In this document: positions 1 to 14,200 of the stretch, in pieces
Position numbering within the stretch: position 1 is the stretch's first letter
How the letters are laid out: each line of letters begins with the position of its first letter
Source of the DNA: Lingula anatina
Lineage: Eukaryota > Animalia > Brachiopoda
Assembly: GCA_051362555.1 (NCBI GenBank)
Contig: CM120640.1
Span: 13,454,001-13,518,000, forward strand
Direction of reading: 5' to 3'
Length of the DNA stretch: 64,000 nucleotides
Translations under genes and position numbers: made by a program
Notes under the pieces: model-generated
Databases searched by the model: none
Told to the model about the DNA's origin: nothing
The model's input: only the letters and a program-made list of their open reading frames with translations

Positions 1-234
1 ACAGAAGACACTGTGATAGAGAGTTTTGACTGACTTCCTTCATTCAAACCTCCTTTCAGTGATACATTTATTATATTGAAAATATTCATTCCCAGACAAA
101 AAAAACTTAAATGACCCCCATCTCCACCCATTCAACTGAGAATCAATGTAATCACCAACACTACTCCTAGTTCATGACAACTCTGTCACAAATTGGTAGA
201 TGGAACAACTAACAAAAGGCAGTCAGGTTAACCC

Positions 235-1250
235 TAGTAATTACACCCCCATAACTTCACTCAGCTGTCTAAGAAAATATTTAACCTCTCTAATGTGAAC
301 TAATCTGCACAAACTTCTTGCTGAAAACAAACAGTTTTAAAAAAATGAAAACCAGACATGGTTATACATCATGCATGTCTGCAGGATAGCATGTTAACTT
401 TATACTGCTTTATGATCCTGGAGAGCCTGACTTTGCCAAAAAAAAAAATAGAAAAAAAGAAAAAACTGTATCAAATGGAATAAATTGAAATTTTAAAGAA
501 TTATTATAAATAAGTATAATGGCTGCAAAGTACTTGAGGCAGCTCATATCTTTTAGTGTCAACATTGTTTTTTTCCTTACTAGCCTTGAAGAATTTATGA
601 AAAATCATGACATCACTGGCTTAAAACCTGTCTGAAAATTTAAAGAAGGATTTTGATGTTTTGCTAAAAATAATGCAGATATAGATGAAATGTGCTCTAA
701 GCAAAAACAAATGACGAACTTCAACATCTGTTAAATGTATTCTCTGCTTACAAGCTGCAAACTATGGAAATTGGAGGTTAACACTTAAGAGACAAAGCTG
801 ATGATCTTTCCAAAAAAAAAAAACACACACACACACACAGTGCCCAAAAAACTTAAAATTCACTTATAATGAAAGGCTGATAGAAATTGTAAAAACAATC
901 CAAGTATCTTATCATACATTTCTCCCGACCAAAATCAATCCTGGAAACCAAACAAATACAAAAACCAACAGTAGCCATGTGCACTTACTAAATAAAGGGA
1001 AGAGGACTTAACCTAAACACTGAAACTCCAAATCCAATCCCTTTTCAACATTTGTACCACCCTATCTACAATGTGTTTCTATGACAAAATGTATCAACTA
1101 GTGAGACTTCATAAACTTTAAAACTTGGGGTTAATTTTTTCAAGGAATAACTTCCTTTAAAGCTGTGTGCAAATATAAGGCAAAACATGTGTGCATACAT
1201 TGGAATTATGCTTAAGGTTTATTGAACAAACAAAAGTCTGCAATATAGTG
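235..1250 (+). mobile_element. Decayed non-LTR retrotransposon (CR1/L2-group) reverse transcriptase relic
   Basis: Broken frames read NYTPITSLSCLRKYLTS (~239-290), CKLWKLEVNT*ETKLMIF (~756-810) and IEIVK..KYL (~880-910), matching LINE RT motifs NYRxITLLSCLGKLFT and WKLxVNxxKTKxMIF. Boundaries approximate. Confidence 0.7.
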
Positions 1251-1900
1251 TAGTAGCAGTTTTTATGTCTCCCTGCTGACTAAACTGTCCCCACTGCGCA
1301 GACTACTGGCTAATAAAGACCAGGGCTGCATTCTTGGGGCATAAACAAGCATGACTTTACAACTACAAGTAAATACAGACATACAGGGTACAATTAATTC
1401 TATTTTTTGGTATATTTCCATCTACATGGAATTTCATAGTACGATGTACTGTCTCAAAGAATAAACAAAACAATTACATCAATTAGAGTGCAGGGGAAAG
1501 CTTCAGTAATTAAAAAAATTAGAAACAATAATGCTGATGCCAAAAAAAAATATAAAAATATTTTGATGAAACATTTTCAGTTTTAAATTAAAGTCATTCA
1601 ATGTTCTTTAAAATATTTTCACAATCATTTTTTGGCACAATCAGAACTTATTGTCACTTTTGTTGTCTATTTCCACAGTCATCTTAAAGTTGAAAGACTG
1701 ATAGTGACAGCTATAGTAAATAATCATTCAAGTGTAAGTCATATCTTGACCAAAATCTCTAGACTGCTTTGATTTAACATCTGTGCTCATGAAGGCACTT
1801 TTTACCTTATTTATTAACAATCAATTCTTTTGAAACACAATGTGCTAGGTGTGACATCCCCTATGTTCAACAACCACAATTTAGAGTAAAAACACATTCA

Positions 1901-2063
1901 GAACAGCAGACTAACAAATCCACAGATCAAAAATGGTGACCCACTAAAATGCTTGCCCCTTAATTCCTGCTTAGACACTGAATAGATTACCCGCAGGGAT
2001 TATGCAACAAGCATTCCAGTGGGTCAGCCATATTTGGTCCATGGATCTGTTAGTCTACTGTCC
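1901..2063 (-). repeat. Intronic ~70-bp imperfect inverted repeat (hairpin) in ADAL intron 6
   Basis: Arm 1901-1970 matches the reverse complement of 1993-2063 (56 of 71 aligned positions); 22-nt loop. Confidence 0.9.
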
Positions 2064-2091
2064 TGCTCTAATACTAGCTAGCTTTAGTTAC

Positions 2092-4935
2092 CTAGGGGAA
2101 TTTTGTTCTGCACCATGACATCCACCAACTCCTGGTTTCCTCCATCTTCTGGCAGGAGAAATGTACCATGACCAACACGGCCTGGAATAAGCTTTAATAC
2201 TTCAAGAGTTTCTTCATTTCTCTCAGGCACCTAAAAACAACAAACACATATTTTATGATCACACAATATTGCACTCATACATACAAAGACATGCATGCTA
2301 GTATTTGTCTACTGCATGACAAGTCAAAATGATCTTGGAGGAAAGCTTCAGTAAATGAAACCTTTTGCAATATGGACTGATCAATTTGTGCTTTATTGCA
2401 CTACTTAAATGAAGTTGATTATTTATAACACATGTTAGAAAAAATTTAATTAATCAGTATGAGACAATGTTCATAACAAAAACAAACTTATTTTAATAAA
2501 TGAAAGCAATCCAGCATGGACAGATAAAAGCACATCAAAACTAACTGAAGGACAACATTATCATTGACAAAATCATAACAGTCAGATTGATCTATTACTT
2601 TAAAGTTTTTACCTCTGCCAAATGAAGTGCCAATTTCAGGCCATAACTTTGAGCTTTCTGAAAAACTGGTATAAAAGACCGTGCATCACCAGCCTAGAAA
2701 TAATGAAACAATATGAAGACAATTTATGTCACTGTCACGCTTCATATTCCAAGATTTCCTGCATATTATCAAAAATAAAGTATACTTAAAGACATATGTG
2801 GATGCTTTTTTGTTTCAAAGTAAACACAGTTTTATGCCTGATAACTTATGTAAGGCTTAGCATCCTAAAACTTATATTCCATTAGTTGGAATCAAGCAAG
2901 GGGGGGGGGGCATGATAGAAAATACATTTTCATCAAGGCAGATGCAGCATTTTAAATGAATGAAATGGTCATTGACCTGGGTTTTCATTTTGCGGTATTT
3001 CATTCAAATTATTTTCTAATGGGCGTTCAATATATGTAAAATATGTATTGAAATAGGATTATAAAGAAATTGGCTTGTTTTGTTATTGTAATCACAGAAA
3101 ATATTATTAAATAACAAAACAACACCAAACAATTTTGTATATTATACAAAATTGCATCAAATTACCTTGGGATCACCACTAAAATCTACTCCAACCACAA
3201 CACCATTAGAACAATCTTTGAGCTTATTGGCTAATTCCACTGTTTCATCAGCCCCTTCAAGGGTATTCCTCATGTCTATTGCCAGCATAAATTTGACAAT
3301 AATATCCATAGATTCTTTGCAGTCTTCTATAGCTTTAAGTATTGCTCTGACATATGTTTCTTTGGTCATTCCTGTGGCAGGCACATGTCTAGGAGTGCTA
3401 CGCAGTTCTAAGTATTTGACATTATCCTCTGCAAAGTCCCTTATAACATCACAGGTCACCTAAGAAATAAACTGAAGATTCAGTTGCAGGTAAAATGAAC
3501 ACGTGGCATTAGTTCTAAAGTGCAAAGGGCTGAAATCAGTTATTTATTGAGATCCCTCTAAAACTAAGGTACAGTACAGATAAAACATTTCTTTCAAAAT
3601 CACAATAGACCTTATCTACATTGAAAGTTGAAAGTATTATTTGTGAAAATATGAACTACTCATACCATATATATTGTCTCTGCTGTATCTGTAAGTGGGT
3701 GAATGATCCTAAACATTGCAAAACACCTAAAATGATATAAAGAAACCTGTTAACATGACAGTGAACTTTCTTTTCTAAACCATCAAATCTTACATAAAAA
3801 CATAACAACATAAACTTTTCTTTCTGTTTTATCTTTTGTGTAACTGAAGATGAATATAATAAAAAATGGAGGGCATTCCACAGTATAGACAGTATATATC
3901 TGCCTGGAACCTGGTTGCTTCTTTTAAACTGAGTTTGTTATTTTACACAAGTTCTCAGTCTAGAGCATGCATACAATTTCAACTCTACTAAATGTTATAA
4001 GTAATAAAGGTGAAAATGCAAAAACTTCACTCATTCAGAACCAACAATAAGATAAACCCCTGAACATACTCATCTAAAGTTCTCCTTTGTCCTTTGTTTA
4101 TTGTTCTCTGAGCCACAGCCAATTCAACCCCATCTGGAAACTCCTTCAGTTTCCTTTCTATCAACTTGGATAGAGTGGCTTCACTGATGGACCCATTCAG
4201 ATGAGCATGTAATTCCTGGAAAGAAAATATAATTATGCATACAAAATAAATGCATCACCTGAAGCTATCTATGGCCACAGATATAGACTTATAGTAATGG
4301 CCATTTATTGTTCATAATTTTCCAGGTATAGAAGCTAAAGTCAACAACAACAACAACAACAAGTACTTGTAAGCAATCTGACCCAGTAAATAATTATAAA
4401 TACAGCTTTCATTAAGTGACAAATTTCAAAACTTTATGACAATATTTAGGGGATGAAAATAGAGTAAAGCATAAAAATGACATATGAAAATAACATACTG
4501 AAAAACTGGCGAATCGTGGTGTCAAAAAATTCAGACAGGGACCGAGTCTATCAGACTCTAGCTATCAGCACTCTGATACGCTAATATTAATAATATTACC
4601 AAATTTCACAAAAATTCCGTTTTAAGGTTCTTTTTGCAGTATTTTCATACCCAAAATAATCATCATAATAATAATAACGGGCATGGTCTAACCACAACGG
4701 TCTGATCGCGCGCCACAAAAAGTCGTATCACCCCCCTCCCCCCCCCCTTAAGTAAAGGCTTTACTTGGCACCCGATTCACTGCCGTATTTCAACAGTGTG
4801 CAGCCCAGTCTGACAATCTGCACAATCTTGTACAGTTATTGCATTAACCTGAGCATTTACAAATGTGCTTGCAATGAAACTTACTACTTTGGGTAATTTT
4901 CTACAAAATTCATCCAACTTTGTGTTCAAAGACAT
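2092..4935 (-). CDS. ADAL: Adenosine deaminase-like protein / N6-methyl-AMP deaminase (5' six coding exons; no further exon recognised before the left edge)
   Basis: Exons on -: 4885-4935 (MSLNTKLDEFCRKLPKV), 4070-4215 (ELHAHLNGSIS), 3666-3726, 3166-3459 (DNVKYLELRSTPR...GVDFSGDP), 2613-2693 (ALHLAE), 2092-2230 (RVGHGTFL). All introns GT-AG and phases join in frame. HAHLNGS and HLAE are ADA-family metal/catalytic motifs. Confidence 0.95.
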
Positions 4936-5051
4936 GTTCAGCGCTCTTTTGCTTACGAAGGATAGTTTCCTTTAAACGCATGTTGTTTTTTTACTTTTTA
5001 TGTAAAAGATTTTTCCCACCTTGCACTTCTTCCTCATCTTCCGGTATACCA
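4936..5051. promoter_or_regulatory. Compact bidirectional promoter shared by ADAL and SLC25A46
   Basis: Divergent ATGs at 4935 (-) and 5052 (+); ETS-like CTTCCGG at ~5038-5044. Confidence 0.75.
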
Positions 5052-8000
5052 ATGATGGGATCCGAACTCAGATTTTCCGGCGTTGACCGTCAACATTCGC
5101 CTCGACGGCCGCAAACATTTTCAGACCCCAATGTAATAAGAAGAGCTCCACCATATGATGTTTCAAGTCAGGCCGAAATATTGATGAATACACAAAAGAA
5201 ACAACAAAACGGTTAGTCACGTTCTTCACATCTAGCCGCCCCCCCCCCCCCCCCCCCCCCCCCCAGAGTACTAAAGCTCGGCTGTCACTTAGTTAGGCGG
5301 ATAAAATTAGTGTAAAACCTAGTTCTTTGTGTGGTTCAACCACATAAAACTACGTTAGTATTTCCAACTGAATTTGATAAATTCGCTACTGTATACACAC
5401 CATTATTGCACCTATCTCCTCCAGATCAGATATTCATGTTTTAATTTAGTGACACCATATTTGAAAATATTGCAAGATTTCATTTTCAATTACAAATCAA
5501 AAGTTGTCCATCTTGGTTTTCATCCCCTAAATATAGCACAAAATTTCATGTGTTTGCACTCTTTTATACAGTCGCTGATATATACTATTGAGCTACTGTA
5601 ATTAATGCAATGTACAGGGGTACATGTAAGATGTGGGTGCCTAAAATGACAAACTTGCGGCTTCAGTGTGATTCCAGAGCTTTCAAATCTTTATCTGAAC
5701 TCTCATCTCCTCAACTTATACACTCCTGAAAAGCCAACACATTATCTTTTCGACACCAGATAAGATAAATCAGATTGTCCACCAGTTAGCCCCCATGAAA
5801 TTAAACACGGATTTAATTAGCACAAAATCTAACATGAAACCCATGCTTTAGCACTTCTATTTATGGTTTCTTAAATGTGCACAATGTTCTAATGCATAAA
5901 AGTAAACACCTTGTAAATTGTAAAACTGGTAAATGACTATCACTTTGAGCACCCTCAAATCTTTATCTGAAAAAGAAAACAACCATCAAATGACCTACAG
6001 CTGTACAGACTTTGTCTTCATATCTTTACCTTATAAGCTACATTGCTTTGCTTTTCTTTTATAATTTTGAAAAGTTTTCAACGTGAGCTATAGTGAGTGA
6101 TGTGAGCCACCCAGTACATACAATTTTACCCCAAAACTGAATTTTTAATACTTAAGATTGTTCTACATTCTTTAAGTTTTGAAACTTAATAATGATTATT
6201 TATCTTGTCTCCAGAACAACTTCAGAGGTTTGCTGGTCTTGGTGTAGGGTTGGCAAGTGTGTTAGCTGAAAATGTTCTTTCCCATCCTTGTATTGTGCTC
6301 AGAAGACAATGCCAGGTGAGCTGAACCTTTGCTTCCCAATTTTTTGTCATCTCAGGTCAGTGGAAGTAAAATTTAGTGGGCAAATTTTTTTTTTAATTTA
6401 ATGTACATGAAAGAATAAGAAATATCTTACTGATACAGGTATAATGCAGGTATTAGACATCTCTGGATACGAAATTGCAGGAAGAAGGTATGATTGTAAG
6501 ATTACTGTTTAATTTCAAATCAAGGCATTAAAGGTACATACGAACCGAGCATCAGTGGAGCGTGGATTTTCAGTAACGCATGTAAACCACTTCTACTAGA
6601 TTCTTATATGCCTCAAATAAATTCGACATGCCAAGGGATAAACTGAATAGATCACTCGATCAGCCATAAAAGACCTTTAGACTGCTCCTTTCTTTAAATT
6701 TTTGGTTGTAAATTTAACCTACTTTCGTGACCTACTTTCCTGCCCCATTGACATACAGCTTAGAATGCCAGCAGAAAAATCCATTCAAACATCATTTTCG
6801 GGTAAAATTAAACAATGCCTTTTGATAATTCTCTTAGTTATACTACTTGAAACTATATGCTGGCATTTGGTTGGTTTTTGTGACAAAAAATTGACTTTGT
6901 ATGCATCTTTAAATGAATTGAAATTAAACTGTTTTTGTTTTTTTCTTTTCAAAATTCAAAAAAGGGTATAGCATGATTTATTTGCCACTACAATTTAACA
7001 CCTGGATATTGCTGTCATGATGTTTTATAAGTGACAAAAAGAGACCAGTCTTTGTCAACTACAATGTACAACTAAATGTACTGGGAAAGCTTAAAATCCA
7101 TGCCTCTTTAATTGCAGGTTCATCACCAGTCTATGAACTATCATTTGACTCCATTTACTCTAGTGCCAGTGATATGGCGAATACAGACAAGTCAGGTGAA
7201 TTCTAGTCTTGATGTTCTTTGAGATCACATGTGCAATCATTGTATCTAGCATTAAAATATATGTATTTTAAATTGTATTACATCATGCCATGGTAATATT
7301 GTAATACGTTAAATTTATTTTACCACTGTATGAGGTGAATGTCGTTTGGTGATGCAGTTGTTCGAGCATGTGTTTTCTTTTTAATTAACTGTATGAAAAT
7401 ATAATTTCCTTTTCAGAGTATGACCTGTCTGTGGAAGGGAATTGGAAGTGTTTTCATAGTGAGAGGGATTGGACTTGCCAGTGAAGGTGTCCTAGCTGAA
7501 TTTACGCCATTTCCAAAGTAAGTTTTCTTTATGTAAATAATGTTGAAGTTTTATTGACAGACATTATATCAGTCTGGACATTTAGCCATCACCTGTGCCT
7601 GTCATCCCTCATAGTGTTTGGATTGCAGTGCACTTTTCATGTTATGTATTGTTCTCAAACTTATTACAAAAATGATTCTCACAACTAACATATGGCTAGA
7701 GTTTGGACACCAGTCTGCTTGGATAACTTACCTTGAAATAATGATTTTTTTCTTTTTTTGTAAATTTTTTATTTTTCTACAAATTGTCATTTTTCAAGTC
7801 ATACACAAGTCACATTTTCTGAATTTCCATAGCAACAGTAGTAAATCATTATGAATTGATGGTGATTGTGCTGTTTGGCATTATATAATATATTTCATCA
7901 AGATTGTAAAAAATAATTTGTGCACTGTCATTGAAAATATAATTTCCTTTTCAGGATACTATCACTATAAAAGGAAAACTATGCTTAGCCTATTAATTAT

Positions 8001-8242
8001 TTTCAAACTTAAAGGAATGTTTTTTAAGACTAAAATACAGTTTAAGTTCAAAAACCTATCTGACAAAGTAATTTTCCTGAAGTAACAAAGTTTTCTTTTT
8101 TTATTTCACTACTTTACATTTACTAGGTGTGGCTTTCAATTCTATGTCTCTGAATGTCTTCAATTTTTAATGTTCCCAGTAACAGTAATATGTCATTAAA
8201 AATACAATTGGTAGTTTTTTCATGCATAAAATCATTTCATAT

Positions 8243-8294
<52 letters not shown>

Positions 8295-11200
8295 AGCAAT
8301 AAGCTAAATAAATTATTCTTATTATTTTCATTAAATTGGTTGTTCATCATTAAAAGACTGTTTTGATGTCACTCCTATCAGTTTTGTCATTGTATGTCTG
8401 TTCTTGCCATCTTGTTGCTCATATAACACATTGATGCAGTTTTAGTGTGTTTATTATCAAGTGATGTTTAAATTTCAAAATGAATACATTTAAAGATACC
8501 CAATTGATATATATTTTCGTATAATTAATTTCTTTTTTTATCAGGGAAGTTTCAAGACATAGCTCACTCAAAAAAATGGCCCAACATTTATTGTTAAAAG
8601 GGTAGGTAAAATTTTTGTTATTCTGTAATATAATCCCATGACCTTGAGAAGTATTCAGTAATAATCAATTTTGACAGAGATTTAGATTTGAATAAAAAAA
8701 ATGAGAAGTAAAGGAGTCTTTGGTCTGAAGAGCGATACAGGAGTTCCTTTATTATTTTTATGCTTCTGTTTGACATCACATCCTGCCAGCTTGCCAAGTT
8801 TCCTTTAATAACTTTCATCATAGAAACCCTGCAAGTGTTAATGTAATAAAATTGATAAATACTATACCAGGTTTTCTAAAGGGGGAATGTAAGACGCTAA
8901 TCTAATTCTGCAGGTGTTCTTTAGGCCACACAATATTATTATATTTCCAAGACAAAATATTAAATCAATAACAGTGAATATTTAACCTGAGAAAAGGAAT
9001 TTTAATTTAAAAAAACAATTTCTAAACAATAAGAGTGTTATAAGACTGTTCCCTTTTAGTAAGTAAATTTGGTCATAATTTTGGCATTAAATGGTATGAT
9101 ATCATCTTTCTCTCATTTTTTGCCTTGCTTTGATGCAGTGATCAAGGACAGAATAAAAAATAATGTCGTGTTCATTTTAATGTTAAAACAATGTACAGCT
9201 GACATTTTAAATGGTGAGACCCATATATTTGTGTTCCAGACTAGCCTTGATCATCACTGTTCCTTTTGCTGCAGCCAGCCTTGTGGAAACTGTTCAGGTA
9301 CATGTGACTCATAAACTGATTTTACATCATCGTTAGTCTTCCTATTTCCTACTGCATAGTCCAGCATTACATGTTGATTTGAAGTCTCCAGACAACAGGG
9401 ATTGTCGTAAAATTGAAAACAGTTTCCACAGTCAGGTCCATAGGCTTGGAGGGAGGGGATTCGGAAACACATACCAGTTAAATTTAAAATGTATGTTTTA
9501 TGATAAAAGGTTCACTTTTTAAAAAAAATAACTTCATTTTAAAATTGCTGGCTACAGGCCAGACATTCTTTTTGGTGACAGCAATAATGTCCACCTATTT
9601 TCCAGAGGTTTGCCAGACAACTGTATAATATACATAATTTTTATTATTACTTATAACGTAATAGTTCTTGTCACCTTTTTTATTCAGAGTGACATTGCCA
9701 GTGAACGCCCAGGTATATTTGACTGTCTGAAGGAGGGCTTGGCAAGGCTAGTGGGTGTTGGCACTCCCCATACCACCAGGATATTACCCATCTGGAAGTT
9801 AGTCGTCCCTTCAGTATTTCTTGGACTTACCCATTACATAACCATGGCCATAGCTCAATATACAGCCCTGCATACAATGAAGACAGAAAAAGAGGAAGAA
9901 ATGGTAAGTATCCATGATGTAATACACCCTAGGATTGATACTCTAGGCATTATTACATACTTATTCTAAGTATTTTTATTCTAAGGGATTTATTTTTCAT
10001 AATGCTGTAGCTTTGTAAGCCATAACAGAGTTATCACTATATCTTTACATCTAATTGATGTTACCTTTGGCTTAATCAAGAAGAACCAAACCAAAAGCAC
10101 AATTTGGTAGGTAGAAAGATAATTTTGGCCTTTTTGTCTCTTTTACCCACAGTTAACTTAAAATGATATGTACATGCAGTAGTAGTAGCTACATATGTTG
10201 GCTTTCTTCATCCCAGATGTGTAATGAAGATTGCCAGTGATACAACATTAGTCATTATAATGATGAGTCTAAGTACAGACAATAGGTGTCATCTTCAGTT
10301 AACTGGTGTAGAAACAATGGTTTGATCTTGAATGTTAGCAAAACAAAAGAGATGATTGTAGACTACAGAAGGAATCAAAACAGTAAAGATCCTATTTGAA
10401 ATTGGCGGTGAGGCTGTTAAACAAGTCTGTAATTATAAGCTGTTGGGGATTGAATTGAACAATGCACTAACTTGGAGTGATAACACCATGAAAGTATAGA
10501 AAGAGGCAGTGCAGCAAATGCAGTTTTGAAAGAAATTGAAAGCATTTACTAAAAATGCATCCATTTTAACTAATTTTACAAGTTTGTTATAGAAGGTTTT
10601 TTAGTCTTTGTGATGATTAATGGCGTGGGCATTCAACCTTAGAGGGAAAAAACATTGGAAAAGTTACTAGTAGTTAAATTGGCAAGTGACCGATTAGGGC
10701 AGATCTTGCTATTCAGTCTATTTACCTCAAGAGGGTAGTAAATAAAACTGTCTAATATGAGGAGCAGTTTCCATCCAGCTCACATCTTTTAATTTTCTAC
10801 CAAGTAACTCCAGGCTTTGAGTTTTTTCAGGTAGTAAAATTATTTTTATACAGCTTTTATCCTGCAGCTATATCCCTTAAGACAGTTTTACACTTATGTC
10901 ATTCTAAAAGATTTTTTTAAAATGATCAAGCAGTGTTTGTGATATAACAATGAAAAGCCATAGAGAAATATAGCTTAATTATGTCTTTTGATCATTTGAA
11001 CACAATTGGTGTAATTGTTGTTACAGTATGAAATGAGACAGTTAATTGCATTTATATAATAGAGCATTGAGGTAAGCTACAATTTGTTTCAGATGGTGTT
11101 TCACTCCTGACACATTTTTACCTCTATCTTTGGTCAGTTTTATTCATTTGCAGCAAAGAAAGAATTCATAAATGATAAAACTTTTTATATGAAACAAAAA

Positions 11201-14200
11201 CTAAGTCATGTCAATAAACAACAACCAAGATGTTGAATGAACCTCAATGAAAGTTTTCGAATGATATGATTACGTATTTAAAAAAAAAAGAGGTTGAAAT
11301 CAGTTTCAGCTTAAAAGTACTATACGCCTGGCTTTTGATAGCTTTATTTTCAGCTGTAATTTATTTTTACTATTGGAGACAAATTTAATATTTGTGCAGC
11401 TGTGAACTACCTTAAATGAGAGATATAATGATATAATTAGCTTAACGTTTCATCAGTTTTTACAAAATTTGAGACAATTGACAAAATAAGCCATTATTTT
11501 TCAATAGCCCATATATATATGTTAGGAAATCAGGCATATGTTAATATTTATAAGTAGAAGTTAAATAAGTACAAATGTGAGTACAATTTTTATGCTTTTA
11601 AACTATCACATAGAGAATATTCTATCTTTTCAATTGTGCATCCACTGTTTGTGACTAGTCTACATACACCATTCTTCAGATTGGTTTTTATACTGAATGA
11701 TTTGTCACTTCCATTCTGCCCTTAATTGGTGAGCAAATCATCAATGCTTCATTGAAGTTAATTTTCAAATTTGATCCATGGTTCTGATAGCAGATAGGCA
11801 TAATTCTCAGAAACTCATTATTTTCTGCACTGCAGCACTAAATATGTTGTTTTCCAGATCACTCTCAGTTAAGTTTTTTTTAATTCAATATAACCGTAAG
11901 CTGACACAAAAAACTTTGAAAAATAAGCAAAAAAACATAATTCTTAGATTCTGACAAACTTACATTTTTTAAAGTCTTTATGTCATATTCTTTGTATAAC
12001 ATGGGTAAAATTTCATATTTCATTAAGATTTATACAGTAAACTGTGAAATTAAAAGACCATTCCCAGACCCTATCGTACAAACTTTGGATCGAACTATCT
12101 CCAAGGGGATTCTCGCTTAATTGCAATTTACTTGAGCAGCTTAGATGTCTTTCACGCCTACTGAAGCTGATAGAGGGTAATTAGTACCACCAGCGTGTAC
12201 GCTGGCGGTACTCATGGTTTTAGTCCCGACCCGTCTCGTCCGGCTCCACCGGCTCCGTTGGCTCCGCCGGCTCCGCGTACTGGCGCCGGATACAAGTCAC
12301 CGTTACCGCTTCTCCTCCTAGACCGCAATGACCCCTGTCCCCATCTCTTGGATTTAGGTCACATATAACCTCAACTTGAACCCCCAGGTTTTTTTGTCTC
12401 AGTCGGTGCATTGACCTGGGCGTGACGCTAGTTGAAATGCACCCTTGTCAAAATTTTTGAAAATTCAATGCCAATTATCTACCCTACGGAAGGAATTATG
12501 GGAAAATTTTCTACAGACGGCTTTCCAAAAGTCATATGTGTAGATTTCAAATATGCCCTTGGATTAGATCTTTGACCTTTATTTCAAGGTCAAATGGGCC
12601 AAAATTTTCAAAAAAATGAAATTTTTTACGAAAAAAAATATTATTTGCACTGTTATTCAGACACTACACAGACTTAACCAATAATTATATTGGAAAGTGT
12701 TACCCTTTGGGTCATCTTTCATCTCCATGAATTTGGGGTCAATCAGTGCATTTTCACGGGAGTAGCGGCCATAAAATATGTAACTCAGAATTGTAACATT
12801 TAGTCCCTTATATCTCCAAAACTGGCAGAGATAGGTCAATAGTTATTATTTAAGTTGAATAGGAAGTCATTTACTTGCAATCTAGATGTGACCTTGAAAT
12901 TGACCTTTGACCTACTTTTCACCATGAACTGAACTTTGCAAATTTTTGTTCCCTTTTATCTCCAAAACTGGCAGAGATAGGTCAATAGTTACTATTAAAG
13001 TTGAATAAGAAGTCATATACTGGCTATCTAAGTGTGACCTTGAAATTGACCTTTGACCTACTTTTTACCATGAACTTAACATTGCAAATTTTGGTTCCGT
13101 TTAATCTCCAAAACTGGCAGAGATAGGTCCATAGTTACAATTGAGCTTGAATAGGAAGTCATTAGAGGCAATTTACTCTGATCTTGAAATTGACATTTGA
13201 CCTACTTTTCATCATGAATTGAAGTTTACCAATTTTCGTTCCCTTATAATTCCAAAACTGGCAGAGATAGGTCCATAGTTTCTGTTTAAGTTGAATAGGA
13301 AGTCGCATACTGGCAATTTAACAGTGACCTTAAAATTGACCTTTGACCTACTTTTCACCATGAATTGAACTTTGACAATTTTCTTTCCCTTTTATCTCCA
13401 AAACTGGCAGAGATAGGTCTATAGTCACTATTGAATTTGAATAGGAAGTCATATACTGACAATTTACTGTGACCTTAAATTTGACCTTTGACCTACTTTT
13501 TACCATGAACTGAACTTTGCAAATTTTTGTTCCCTTTTATCTGCAAAACTGGCAAAGATACACCCATAGTTACTATTGAATTTGAATAGAAAGTCATTAG
13601 AGGCAATTTATTGTGACCTTAAAATTGACCTTTGACCTACTTTTCACCATGAATTGAAGTTTACAAAATTTTGTTCCCTTATATCTCCAAAACTGGCAGA
13701 GATAGGTCCATAGTTACTATTGAACTTGAATAGGAAGTCATATACTGGCAATCTAAGTGTGACCTTGAAATTGACCTTTGACCTACTTTTCATCATGAAT
13801 TGAACTTTGCAGATTTTCTTTCCCTTTTATCTCCAAAACTGGCAGAGATAGGTCCATAGTCACTATTGAACTTGAATAGGAAGTCATATACTGACAATTT
13901 ACTGTGACCTTAAATTTGACCTTTGACCTACTTTTAACCATGAACTGAACTTTGCAAATTTTTGTTCTCTTTTATCTCCAAAACTGGCAAAGATATGCCC
14001 AAAGTTACTATTGAATTTGAATAGAAAGTCATTAGAGGCAATTTATTGTGACCTTAAAATTGACCATTGACCTACTTTTCACTATGAACTGAACTTTGCA
14101 AATTTTCGTTCCCTTATATCTCCAAAACAGGCAGAGATAGGTCCATAGTTACTATTGAACTTGAATAGGAAGTTATATACTGGCAATCTAAGTGTGACCT

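Noticed and set aside
3152-3463. 103-aa + strand ORF
   Set aside because: Antisense shadow of ADAL exon 4.
4920-5051. N-terminal extension of SLC25A46 from the ORF track
   Set aside because: Starts at TTG and overlaps the ADAL start; ATG 5052 is the plausible eukaryotic start.
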